A stretch of DNA of 64,000 nt from Desulfovirgula sp. (lineage in GTDB: Bacteria; Bacillota; Desulfotomaculia; Desulfotomaculales; Nap2-2B): positions 889 through 64,888 of the forward strand of contig DYES01000031.1 of NCBI GenBank assembly GCA_020725585.1, written 5' to 3'. Positions 54,400 to 64,000 of this stretch are shown here, piece after piece. Numbering within the stretch: the stretch's first letter is position 1; every line of letters begins with the position of its first letter. The notes beneath the pieces are model-generated. The model searched no databases. It saw only the letters and a program-made list of their open reading frames with translations, and was not told where the DNA came from. The translations under genes and the position numbers were made by a program.

Positions 54400-54526
54400 T
54401 ATTTGTCTTTGCTCAGCTGGTGAAACCTGGCGTTCGTCCAGAGGGAGCGGATCGGCCCGGAGCACCTTTAAGCGCGTTGGACGAACGCCAGGCTTCGCTG
54501 GTCTAAAGCAAAAGTTATCGCCATAA
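54400..54526 (+). repeat. Palindromic intergenic repeat, copy D (most complete right arm; loop carries a short internal duplication)
   Basis: ...TTTGCTCAGCTGGTGAAACCTGGCGTTCGTCCA-GAGGGAGCGGATCGGCCCGGAGCACCTTTAAGCGCG-TTGGACGAACGCCAGGCTTCGCTGGTCTAAAGCAAAAGTTATCGCCATAA. Confidence 0.8.
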
Positions 54527-54535
54527 ACGGCAGGA

Positions 54536-57453
<2,918 letters not shown>

Positions 57454-57522
57454 TGCTCCTCCCAAGCAACCGCCGGCAAAAAATTACTGCCTGGAGAATA
57501 TTATCCCACAAAATGGCAGGTT

Positions 57523-59769
57523 TCACTCCTTTTGCAGGGGAGCGAAGCGGGCAAGAAGGGTCTTAATGCCCAGCTGAGGAAAGGCCACCTGGATTTCCGC
57601 CGCCTCTCCTTCACCGCGGACCGCCACCACCGTCCCCCGGCCCCACTTGGTATGCCGGACGCGGTCGCCGGGGCGGTAAAAAACCCGGACCGCGGCCGCC
57701 TCGCGAGCGGCGCTCCCGGCCGCCCCCGCGGCCCGGTCGCTTTTGGCCGCGGCGCCAGATCTCTTTTCGAAGGGCAGCACCTTGCCCTTTTTGCCCTCCT
57801 TTTTCTGCTCCCGCGGCGGCTCCTCCCGCCCGGGCCGGTCAAGGGGATCGTCGGCGGTGACGAGCTCGGCGGGAATCTCTTTTAAAAAGCGCGAAGGCTC
57901 GTTGAACCGGGTAGTCCCGTAGAGGGTGCGCTGCCAGCAATGGGTCAGGTAAAGCCGCTGCTTGGCCCGCGTGATCCCCACGTAGCAAAGGCGGCGCTCC
58001 TCTTCCAGCTCCCCCCGGTCGAGAAGGGAACGGGAGTGGGGGAACACCCCCTCTTCCATCCCGATCAAAAAGACCACCGGAAACTCCAGGCCTTTCGCGC
58101 TGTGCAGGGTCATCAACACGGTTTGATCCGCTTTCTGGTCGTAGGTGTCCAGATCGGTGTAAAGCGCCACCTTCGCCAGAAAAGCGCTTAAGGTGCGCTC
58201 CTCGTCTTCCCGGTCGAATTCCTGGGTCACCGATAAAAATTCCTTCAGGTTTTCCTGGCGGGTGCGGGACTCGACAGTATTTTCCAAAACCAGCTCCTGC
58301 CAGTAGCCGGTCTGCTCCAGGACTTGCTTGACTGTTTCGGTTACGCCGAGGCGGTCGGCACTTTCTTGAAGCCGGCGGAAGATCTCGGCCAGGCCGAGGC
58401 AGGCCTTTCTTACCCGGGGGGTTAAATCGGGAACCCGTTCGGCCTGCGCCAGGGCCTGCAGCACCGGAATGTTTTCGCCGGCCGCAAAGGCGATTATTTT
58501 TTGCAGCGAAACTTCGCCGATTCCTCTTCTCGGCACGTTGATGATCCTGGCCAGGCTCAAGACGTCCGCCGGGTTCACCAAAAGGCGCAGGTAAGCCAGC
58601 AGATCCTTTATCTCTTTGCGCTCGTAGAACCTCAACCCGCCCACCACCGTATAAGGGATGCCCCTGTACAAAAACACTTCTTCCACCACCCGGGACATGG
58701 CGTGGGTGCGGTAGAGCACGGCAAAGTCGCTGTACTTCAAACCTGCGGCCTGGCGCAGGCGGATGATCCGGTCGGCCACAAACTCCGCTTCCAGGTGCTC
58801 GTTGTCTCCCAGGTACATCACCACCGGCGCGCCTTTGCCGGCCGCCGTCCACAGGCGTTTTTCCTTGCGCGCGCGGTTATGCCGGATGACCTGGTTGGCG
58901 GCGTCCAGGATCGTCTGGGTGGAACGGTAATTTTGTTCCAGCTTGATTATTTGCGCGTCGGGATAATCCTTTTCAAATTCCAGGATATTGCGGATATTTG
59001 CGCCGCGCCAGCCGTAAATGCTCTGGTCCGGGTCGCCCACCACAAAAACGTTGCGGTGCAGCCCCCCCAGGAGTTTGATCAAGACGTACTGGGCGTGATT
59101 GGTATCCTGGTACTCGTCCACCAGGATGTGACGGAACTTACGCTGGTAAAAGGAAAGCACCCGCTCGTTTTCTTCAAAAAGGCGCACGGTAAACAGGATT
59201 AAATCATCAAAATCAAGCGCGCCGTTCTTTTCCAATTTTTCTTGATAGAGAAGGTAAACCCTCGCCGCCGCCCGGTCAAAGAGGCTGTGCGCGCGCTCAA
59301 AAAAGCCCGCCGGGCCGATAAGCTCGTTTTTCGCCCTGGAAATGGCCGCGCCTATGGAGCGGGGCGAATATTTTTTTTCGTCCAGGTTTAATTCTTTTAA
59401 GCATTCTTTCAGCAGGGTGTGCTGGTCGTCATCGTCGTAGATGACAAAATTTTCGGGGTAGCCCAGGTGGCGCGCTTCTCTTCTCAAAATGCGGACACAG
59501 GTGGCGTGAAAGGTCCCCACCCACAAATCCCTGGCCGCCTCCGGAGCCATTGCCGCCACCCGCTCTTTCATTTCACCGGCCGCCTTATTGGTAAAAGTAA
59601 TGGCTAAAATATGATCGGGGGAAACCTTTTTCTCCTTTAAAAGGTAAGCTATGCGGGTGGTTAACACTCTCGTCTTCCCGCTCCCGGCTCCGGCCAGCAC
59701 CAAAAGCGGCCCTTCCCCGTGCTGCACTGCTTTTCTTTGTAAATTGTTTAACCCGGCAAACAGATCCAT
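57523..59769 (-). CDS. pcrA: ATP-dependent DNA helicase PcrA (UvrD family)
   Basis: 748 aa. LNNLQRKAV, AGAGSGKT, ILVDEYQDTN, TLHSAKGLEF, VGITRAK and a C-terminal Tudor-like tail. Confidence 0.95.
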   Translation of the reverse strand: MDLFAGLNNLQRKAVQHGEGPLLVLAGAGSGKTRVLTTRIAYLLKEKKVSPDHILAITFTNKAAGEMKERVAAMAPEAARDLWVGTFHATCVRILRREARHLGYPENFVIYDDDDQHTLLKECLKELNLDEKKYSPRSIGAAISRAKNELIGPAGFFERAHSLFDRAAARVYLLYQEKLEKNGALDFDDLILFTVRLFEENERVLSFYQRKFRHILVDEYQDTNHAQYVLIKLLGGLHRNVFVVGDPDQSIYGWRGANIRNILEFEKDYPDAQIIKLEQNYRSTQTILDAANQVIRHNRARKEKRLWTAAGKGAPVVMYLGDNEHLEAEFVADRIIRLRQAAGLKYSDFAVLYRTHAMSRVVEEVFLYRGIPYTVVGGLRFYERKEIKDLLAYLRLLVNPADVLSLARIINVPRRGIGEVSLQKIIAFAAGENIPVLQALAQAERVPDLTPRVRKACLGLAEIFRRLQESADRLGVTETVKQVLEQTGYWQELVLENTVESRTRQENLKEFLSVTQEFDREDEERTLSAFLAKVALYTDLDTYDQKADQTVLMTLHSAKGLEFPVVFLIGMEEGVFPHSRSLLDRGELEEERRLCYVGITRAKQRLYLTHCWQRTLYGTTRFNEPSRFLKEIPAELVTADDPLDRPGREEPPREQKKEGKKGKVLPFEKRSGAAAKSDRAAGAAGSAAREAAAVRVFYRPGDRVRHTKWGRGTVVAVRGEGEAAEIQVAFPQLGIKTLLARFAPLQKE

Positions 59770-59811
59770 AAAAAAACAAGCTCACTTCCCCGCCAAACAA
59801 TCACCTTTTTT

Positions 59812-59916
59812 GGCCGCACCTTACTTAGCAAGCCCCACCCGGCGTTCGTGAAAGCGCGCTTGAAGATGCTCCGTCCGAACGAACGCCGGGTTTTTCCGAG
59901 CGCAGGCAAAGGCTAC
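59812..59916 (-). repeat. Palindromic intergenic repeat, copy E (inverted orientation, more diverged arms)
   Basis: The reverse complement reads GTAGCCTTTGCCTGCGCTCGGAAAAACCCGGCGTTCGT-TCGGACGGAGCATCTTCAAGCGCGCTTTC-ACGAACGCCGGGTGGGGCTTGCTAAGTAAGG. The loop block GGAGCATCTTCAAGCGCG matches copies A, B and D. Confidence 0.7.
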
Positions 59917-59926
59917 GGACGTATTC

Positions 59927-60325
59927 TCACCGTTTGCAGGAGTCACCAGGCGAACAATTGTCCAACCGGTAATGAAAGCACGAGTAATGGCCTTCGTGGC
60001 AGGCCACGCCGGTCTGCTCAACTTTCACCAGCAATGCATCGGCGTCGCAATCGTAATAAATCTCCCGCACCTTTTGCACGTTGCCGGAAGTGGCGCCTTT
60101 ATGCCAGAGTTCCCGCCGGCTCCGGCTCCAGAACCAGGTTTCTCTTTCCGCCAGGGTCCGCCCCAAAGACTCCTTATTCATGTAAGCCAGCATAAGGACG
60201 GCGCCCGTGCGCACATCCTGGACAATGGCGGGGATCAGGCCGTTTGCGTCATATTTGAGCCGCTCAAGATTTACCGACAGATCTGTTGACACGGTTAAAT
60301 TCCCTCCCTGCCTGTAGGCCCGCAA
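59927..60325 (-). CDS. hisI: Phosphoribosyl-AMP cyclohydrolase (monofunctional, no HisE domain)
   Basis: 132 aa. [49 protein letters not shown]. Confidence 0.85.
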   Translation of the reverse strand: MRAYRQGGNLTVSTDLSVNLERLKYDANGLIPAIVQDVRTGAVLMLAYMNKESLGRTLAERETWFWSRSRRELWHKGATSGNVQKVREIYYDCDADALLVKVEQTGVACHEGHYSCFHYRLDNCSPGDSCKR

Positions 60326-60331
60326 AGAAAA

Positions 60332-61201
60332 TTATACCACGCTCTTCAGCAGGTAAGCAACGTAACTGTTCAGCGGCACGTTTAAAGACCTGGCGATGGG
60401 GGGGCACTTTGCTTTAAGGAGAAAGAAAACCGGCGCGGGAAGGCGCAGCTCCGGGAGGGTTTCGTAATACCCCATTCCCTTGGCGAAAAGCAGGTCGGCA
60501 CTGCGCAGGGCTTCCAAAAATTCTTTGGAAACGAGGGAGAGGTCCAGGCCCGGCGTATCGCTGCCGGTGGTCATCACCCTGGGAAACTGCGCTCTTATTC
60601 CGCTACGCTCCAGATCTTGAAGCGTAAGGTCGTTTTGGACCGGATTTTCTTTTACCACGTAAGTAACCCCGGCAAAATCCTCCAGCTTGCGGACCAGCGG
60701 CAGGTCGAAGTAGCACTCCCCCGCGTTGTCGGCCAAATACAGGATCGTTTTTCGTTCCCGGGAGTTTTTGAAACCTTCGAGCAGAGCATAAAGATCATCG
60801 ATATTGTTGCGGGCAAAGGTCACCGGCTTTTGGATCTCTTTTTGCAGCCTGTCCAGATCGAGAAAAAAGTCGATGCTGTTTCCCTTCGCGGCGAAGGCAA
60901 CCAGAGAAGGCAAATCGTTCCCCAGGGCCGCCCGGACGGCCCGCGCCAGCTCGCGGGCAGCTTTCATTTCTTTTTCTTTCACGGCAGCAAACGGGTCAGC
61001 GTTTTGCGCCGCAACGCGAATGGCCCTCTGCATCTCACCGGCAATCCGGGTAGGTATTTGCCTTGTGGAAAAATTTTCTTGCAGGTAAGCCAATCCCCGG
61101 CGCAAGGCATCTTCTTTTTGGATCTGGTCGGCGGCGGCCAGTTCCGCGGTGCGTTTGGCCAGCCCCTCCAGGCAGGCGAAACATTCCTTTTGGGCGCGCA
61201 A
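60332..61201 (-). CDS. DUF89 (ARMT1-like) metal-dependent phosphatase family protein
   Basis: 289 aa. N-terminal CFAC, YLADNAGECYFD, ADLLFAKGMGYYE and FLLKAKCPPIARSLNV align by eye with archaeal DUF89 proteins as I recall them. Confidence 0.7.
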   Translation of the reverse strand: MRAQKECFACLEGLAKRTAELAAADQIQKEDALRRGLAYLQENFSTRQIPTRIAGEMQRAIRVAAQNADPFAAVKEKEMKAARELARAVRAALGNDLPSLVAFAAKGNSIDFFLDLDRLQKEIQKPVTFARNNIDDLYALLEGFKNSRERKTILYLADNAGECYFDLPLVRKLEDFAGVTYVVKENPVQNDLTLQDLERSGIRAQFPRVMTTGSDTPGLDLSLVSKEFLEALRSADLLFAKGMGYYETLPELRLPAPVFFLLKAKCPPIARSLNVPLNSYVAYLLKSVV

Positions 61202-61216
61202 ACAAATCCCCCCGTT

Positions 61217-61975
61217 TTAGAGCCTTACGGGTACGCCGCAGTCGCGCAGGTATTCCTTTACCTGGCGGATCGAATATTCGCCGAAGTGAAAAATGGAGGC
61301 CGCCAGGGCCGCATCGGCCCCTCCCGCGGTTAAACCCTGGGCAATGTGCGCAAGCGTGCCCACCCCGCCGGAAGCAATCACCGGGATGCGGACGGCGTCG
61401 GCAATGGCGCGGGTTAAGGCTATATCGTACCCGTCTTTCGTCCCGTCGCGGTCCATGCTGGTGAGCAAAATCTCCCCCGCCCCCAGCTTCTCCACTTCTT
61501 TCGCCCACTGGACCGCGTCCAGGCCGGTGGGAGTGCGCCCGCCGTGGATATATACTTCCCACTTTTGGGGCCCTGTTTGTTTGGCGTCGATGGCCACGAC
61601 TATGCACTGACTGCCAAAACGTTCGGCGCCCCTGGAAATAAGGGCCGGGTTTTGCACGGCTGCCGTATTGATGGACACTTTATCGGCACCCGCCGAAAGA
61701 ACCGCGCGGATATCTTCCAGGGTAGCGATGCCGCCGCCTACCGTATAAGGGATAAAAACCTCCGCGGCGGTGCGGTAAACCACTTCCAGCATCGTCCTTC
61801 TCCCCTCGGCGGAGGCCGTAATATCTAAAAAAACCAGCTCGTCGGCGCCCTGCCCGTCATAAAAAGCCGCCAGTTCTACAGGATCGCCCGCGTCCCGCAA
61901 ATTGATAAAATTTGTCCCCTTGACGACCCGCCCCTGGGTCACATCCAGGCAGGGAATAATTCTCTTGGTTAGCAT
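61217..61975 (-). CDS. hisF: Imidazole glycerol phosphate synthase cyclase subunit
   Basis: 252 aa. [27 protein letters not shown]. Confidence 0.95.
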   Translation of the reverse strand: MLTKRIIPCLDVTQGRVVKGTNFINLRDAGDPVELAAFYDGQGADELVFLDITASAEGRRTMLEVVYRTAAEVFIPYTVGGGIATLEDIRAVLSAGADKVSINTAAVQNPALISRGAERFGSQCIVVAIDAKQTGPQKWEVYIHGGRTPTGLDAVQWAKEVEKLGAGEILLTSMDRDGTKDGYDIALTRAIADAVRIPVIASGGVGTLAHIAQGLTAGGADAALAASIFHFGEYSIRQVKEYLRDCGVPVRL

Positions 61976-62715
61976 GAAATAACTCTCTTTTCCTCCCGTC
62001 TGCTTATCTCCAGCGCTTCCTTAAGCGTAATCGTCCCGGCGTACAGTGCTTTTCCAATAATCACCGCTTCCACCCCAAGAGGCTCCAGGCTTAAAAGAGA
62101 AAGCAAATCATCCGCGGTGGAAACGCCGCCCGAGGCAATCACTTTGATCCCCGTCGCCCTGGCGATCTCCTGGATGGCCGGCAGATTCGGGCCCTTTAAA
62201 GTCCCGTCGCGACCGACATCGGTAAAGATCACCCGTCTTACACCCAGGTTTTTCATTTCTTTCGCCAGTTCCAGGGCACCTTTTTCGGCGGTAACTCCCC
62301 ATCCTTCAATGGCCACTTTCCCTCCCTTGGCGTCAATGCCGACAATAATCGCTTCACCGTACTTTGCGCAGGCCTCCGCGACCAGATCGGGGTTAATTAT
62401 AGCAACGGTGCCCAGGATCACCCTTTTGGCGCCGCTCTCCAGGAGCTCCCTGACTATCCCCAGGTCCCTGATTCCGCCGCCCACCTGAACGGGAATGCGC
62501 ACCGCGGCAATTATTTTCTTAATTATGTCCAGGTTTTTCGGCTTGCCGGCAAAGGCGCCGTCCAGGTCGACAACGTGAAGCAGGCGTGCCCCCTCCGTTT
62601 CCCAAAGGCAGGCCATAGCTACCGGATCGTTGGAATAAACCGTTTCCCGGTCCGGCCTCCCCTCCGTCAAACGGACACATTTTCCCTCCCGCAGGTCAAT
62701 CGCCGGGATGATCAT
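61969..62715 (-). CDS. hisA: ProFAR isomerase
   Basis: [16 protein letters not shown]..., [18 protein letters not shown] prefer the start at MIIPAIDL; it overlaps the hisH 3' end. Confidence 0.9.
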   Translation of the reverse strand: MIIPAIDLREGKCVRLTEGRPDRETVYSNDPVAMACLWETEGARLLHVVDLDGAFAGKPKNLDIIKKIIAAVRIPVQVGGGIRDLGIVRELLESGAKRVILGTVAIINPDLVAEACAKYGEAIIVGIDAKGGKVAIEGWGVTAEKGALELAKEMKNLGVRRVIFTDVGRDGTLKGPNLPAIQEIARATGIKVIASGGVSTADDLLSLLSLEPLGVEAVIIGKALYAGTITLKEALEISRREEKRVISC

Positions 62716-63325
62716 CATTTTTAGCCACCAACCCCCCAAAATTTTTCAATATCCGCAGCCCCAAAGCACTGCTTTTTTCCGGATGAAACTGAATTCCAAA
62801 AAGATTATTTTTGGCCACCAGCGAGGGAAAGCGCAGGCCGTAGTCGGTCAGCCCCACGATCAATTCTTGATCGGGCGTATCTACGTAATAAGAATGAACA
62901 AAGTAAAAGTGTGCGTTTTGCGCAATCCCCTTCACCAACGGGCATGCCCTGGAAAAGAAAACGGTATTCCAGCCCATGTGGGGGATTTTCAGCTCCGCCG
63001 CCAATCTTTTCACCACGCCCGGAAAAATTCCCAGGCCGCGGGTCAGACCCCACTCTTCGCTAGCCTCAAAAAGAAGCTGCATGCCCAGGCAAATTCCCAG
63101 AAAAGGCTTGCCCTGGGCAACTACCTGTCGGATGGCGTCGGTCAGCCGGGCGCGCTCTAGGTTTTCCATCGCGTTGGCAAAAGCCCCCACCCCCGGCAAA
63201 ACGACCCCTTGAGCTGCCAAAATTTCCCCGGCAGTCTGGACTATTTTGGCTTCCCAGCCCACCTTTTCAAAACCTTTTTGGACGCTCCGCAGGTTGCCCA
63301 TGCCGTAGTCGATGATAGCAATCAA
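62696..63325 (-). CDS. hisH: Imidazole glycerol phosphate synthase glutaminase subunit
   Basis: 209 aa. MIAIIDYGMGNLRSV, GICLGMQLL, FHPEKS. Confidence 0.95.
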   Translation of the reverse strand: MIAIIDYGMGNLRSVQKGFEKVGWEAKIVQTAGEILAAQGVVLPGVGAFANAMENLERARLTDAIRQVVAQGKPFLGICLGMQLLFEASEEWGLTRGLGIFPGVVKRLAAELKIPHMGWNTVFFSRACPLVKGIAQNAHFYFVHSYYVDTPDQELIVGLTDYGLRFPSLVAKNNLFGIQFHPEKSSALGLRILKNFGGLVAKNDDHPGD

Positions 63326-63338
63326 GGCAGCCGCCTCC

Positions 63339-63944
63339 TTACAACAAACCCTTGGTCGAAGGAATTCCCTGTTGGCGCCGATCGTAAGCTACGGCATCGC
63401 GCAACGCGCGGCCCACGGCCTTGAAAATAGCTTCACAAATATGGTGGCTGTTTCGCCCTGCCAGAAGCCGTACGTGGAGAGTAAATTCCCCGTTCAACGC
63501 CAACGCCCGAAAGAACTCCTCAGTGAGTTCAGTATCGAACTCTCCCACCTTTGCCGCAGGAACCGCCGCCTCAAAGACCAAAAAGCCCCTGCCGCTGATA
63601 TCGACAGCCGCCATGGCGAGCGCTTCGTCCATAGGCACCAGGGCATGTCCAAACCGGGCGATTCCCGACTTATCGCCAAGCGCCGCCTTAAGGGCCTGGC
63701 CCAGGCAGATTCCGGTGTCTTCAACGGTATGGTGGGCATCCACCTGCAGGTCGCCGCGGGCGGTGATTTCTAAATCAAAAGCCCCGTGCCGGGCAAAAAG
63801 AGTCAGCATGTGGTCAAAAAAGCCAAGTCCTGTGTCGATTTGATAATTTCCCGCCCCATCCAGGTTCAATTTTAATTTTACCTCGGTTTCCGCGGTACGG
63901 CGGCTTACTTCACCAGTTCTTTCGCCGGTTTGCAGACAATCCAT
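63339..63944 (-). CDS. hisB: Imidazoleglycerol-phosphate dehydratase (dehydratase domain only)
   Basis: 201 aa. RKTAETEV-like block, DTGLGFFDHML, HHTVEDTGI, GRNSHHICEA. Confidence 0.9.
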   Translation of the reverse strand: MDCLQTGERTGEVSRRTAETEVKLKLNLDGAGNYQIDTGLGFFDHMLTLFARHGAFDLEITARGDLQVDAHHTVEDTGICLGQALKAALGDKSGIARFGHALVPMDEALAMAAVDISGRGFLVFEAAVPAAKVGEFDTELTEEFFRALALNGEFTLHVRLLAGRNSHHICEAIFKAVGRALRDAVAYDRRQQGIPSTKGLL

Positions 63945-64000
63945 TACCCTTCTCCTTCATCCACGAGAATCTTCTTCATTTTTTCCATGAAGAACCTGTT
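63944..64000 (-). CDS. 3' end of the upstream his-operon gene (possibly hisC); continues past the window end
   Basis: My translation is ...NRFFMEKMKKILVDEGEG*, with TAATG stop/start overlap with hisB. The tail resembles aminotransferase C-termini, but the fragment is too short to decide. Confidence 0.3.
   Translation of the reverse strand, partial: NRFFMEKMKKILVDEGEG

Noticed and set aside
57839-58852. 337 aa ORF in an alternative frame of the same strand as pcrA
   Set aside because: It is extremely Arg/Gly/Pro-rich and low in complexity, has no motifs, and lies wholly inside the well-supported PcrA frame. This is a typical off-frame artefact of GC-rich coding sequence.
60617-61333. 238 aa plus-strand ORF antisense to the DUF89 gene and the hisF 3' end
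   Set aside because: It spans two real minus-strand genes, and has no RBS and no motifs.

Overview
This 64 kb window looks like core chromosome from an endospore-forming Firmicute (Clostridia/Peptococcaceae-like; organism not determined). Most genes are on the minus strand.

Gene content:
- The left third is syntenic with the Bacillus ftsH-tilS ... spoIIE ... yabR-divIC-yabQ-yabP ... yabO-mazG-spoVT ... mfd region, with spoIID, hup and a prsA-like gene interleaved.
- Next come pyrF, rimI-tsaB-tsaE-thiL, and a thiE-thiC-ymaF unit controlled by a TPP riboswitch.
- These are followed by a single-domain response regulator, a C26 amidotransferase, an orphan ilvN, mpg, polX, zapA and pheST.
- Then a TrmH-family methyltransferase, ktrAB, and infC-rpmI-rplT (ATT start, L20-type leader).
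- The right third holds a plus-strand IclR-acsA-acs-SSF transporter cluster, gatCAB, ligA, an Amj-like flippase, pcrA and the distal his operon (hisB-H-A-F-DUF89-hisI).

I found no rRNA, tRNA, CRISPR array, transposase, integrase or recognisable defence system.

Most interesting observations:
1. A four-gene plus-strand operon of uncharacterised Cys-rich proteins at 20.3-22.9 kb: two DUF2889-like paralogs, a PHP phosphoesterase and a DUF169 protein.
2. A family of about 105-125 bp palindromic intergenic repeats with five copies in the window.
3. A pheST leader that has a terminator/antiterminator and a Phe-rich mini-ORF but no recognisable T-box.
4. A DUF89 phosphatase gene embedded in the his operon next to a monofunctional hisI.
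5. A His-repeat YmaF gene apparently co-transcribed with thiE-thiC.

All family calls come from reading motifs by eye and need hmmscan/BLAST confirmation.
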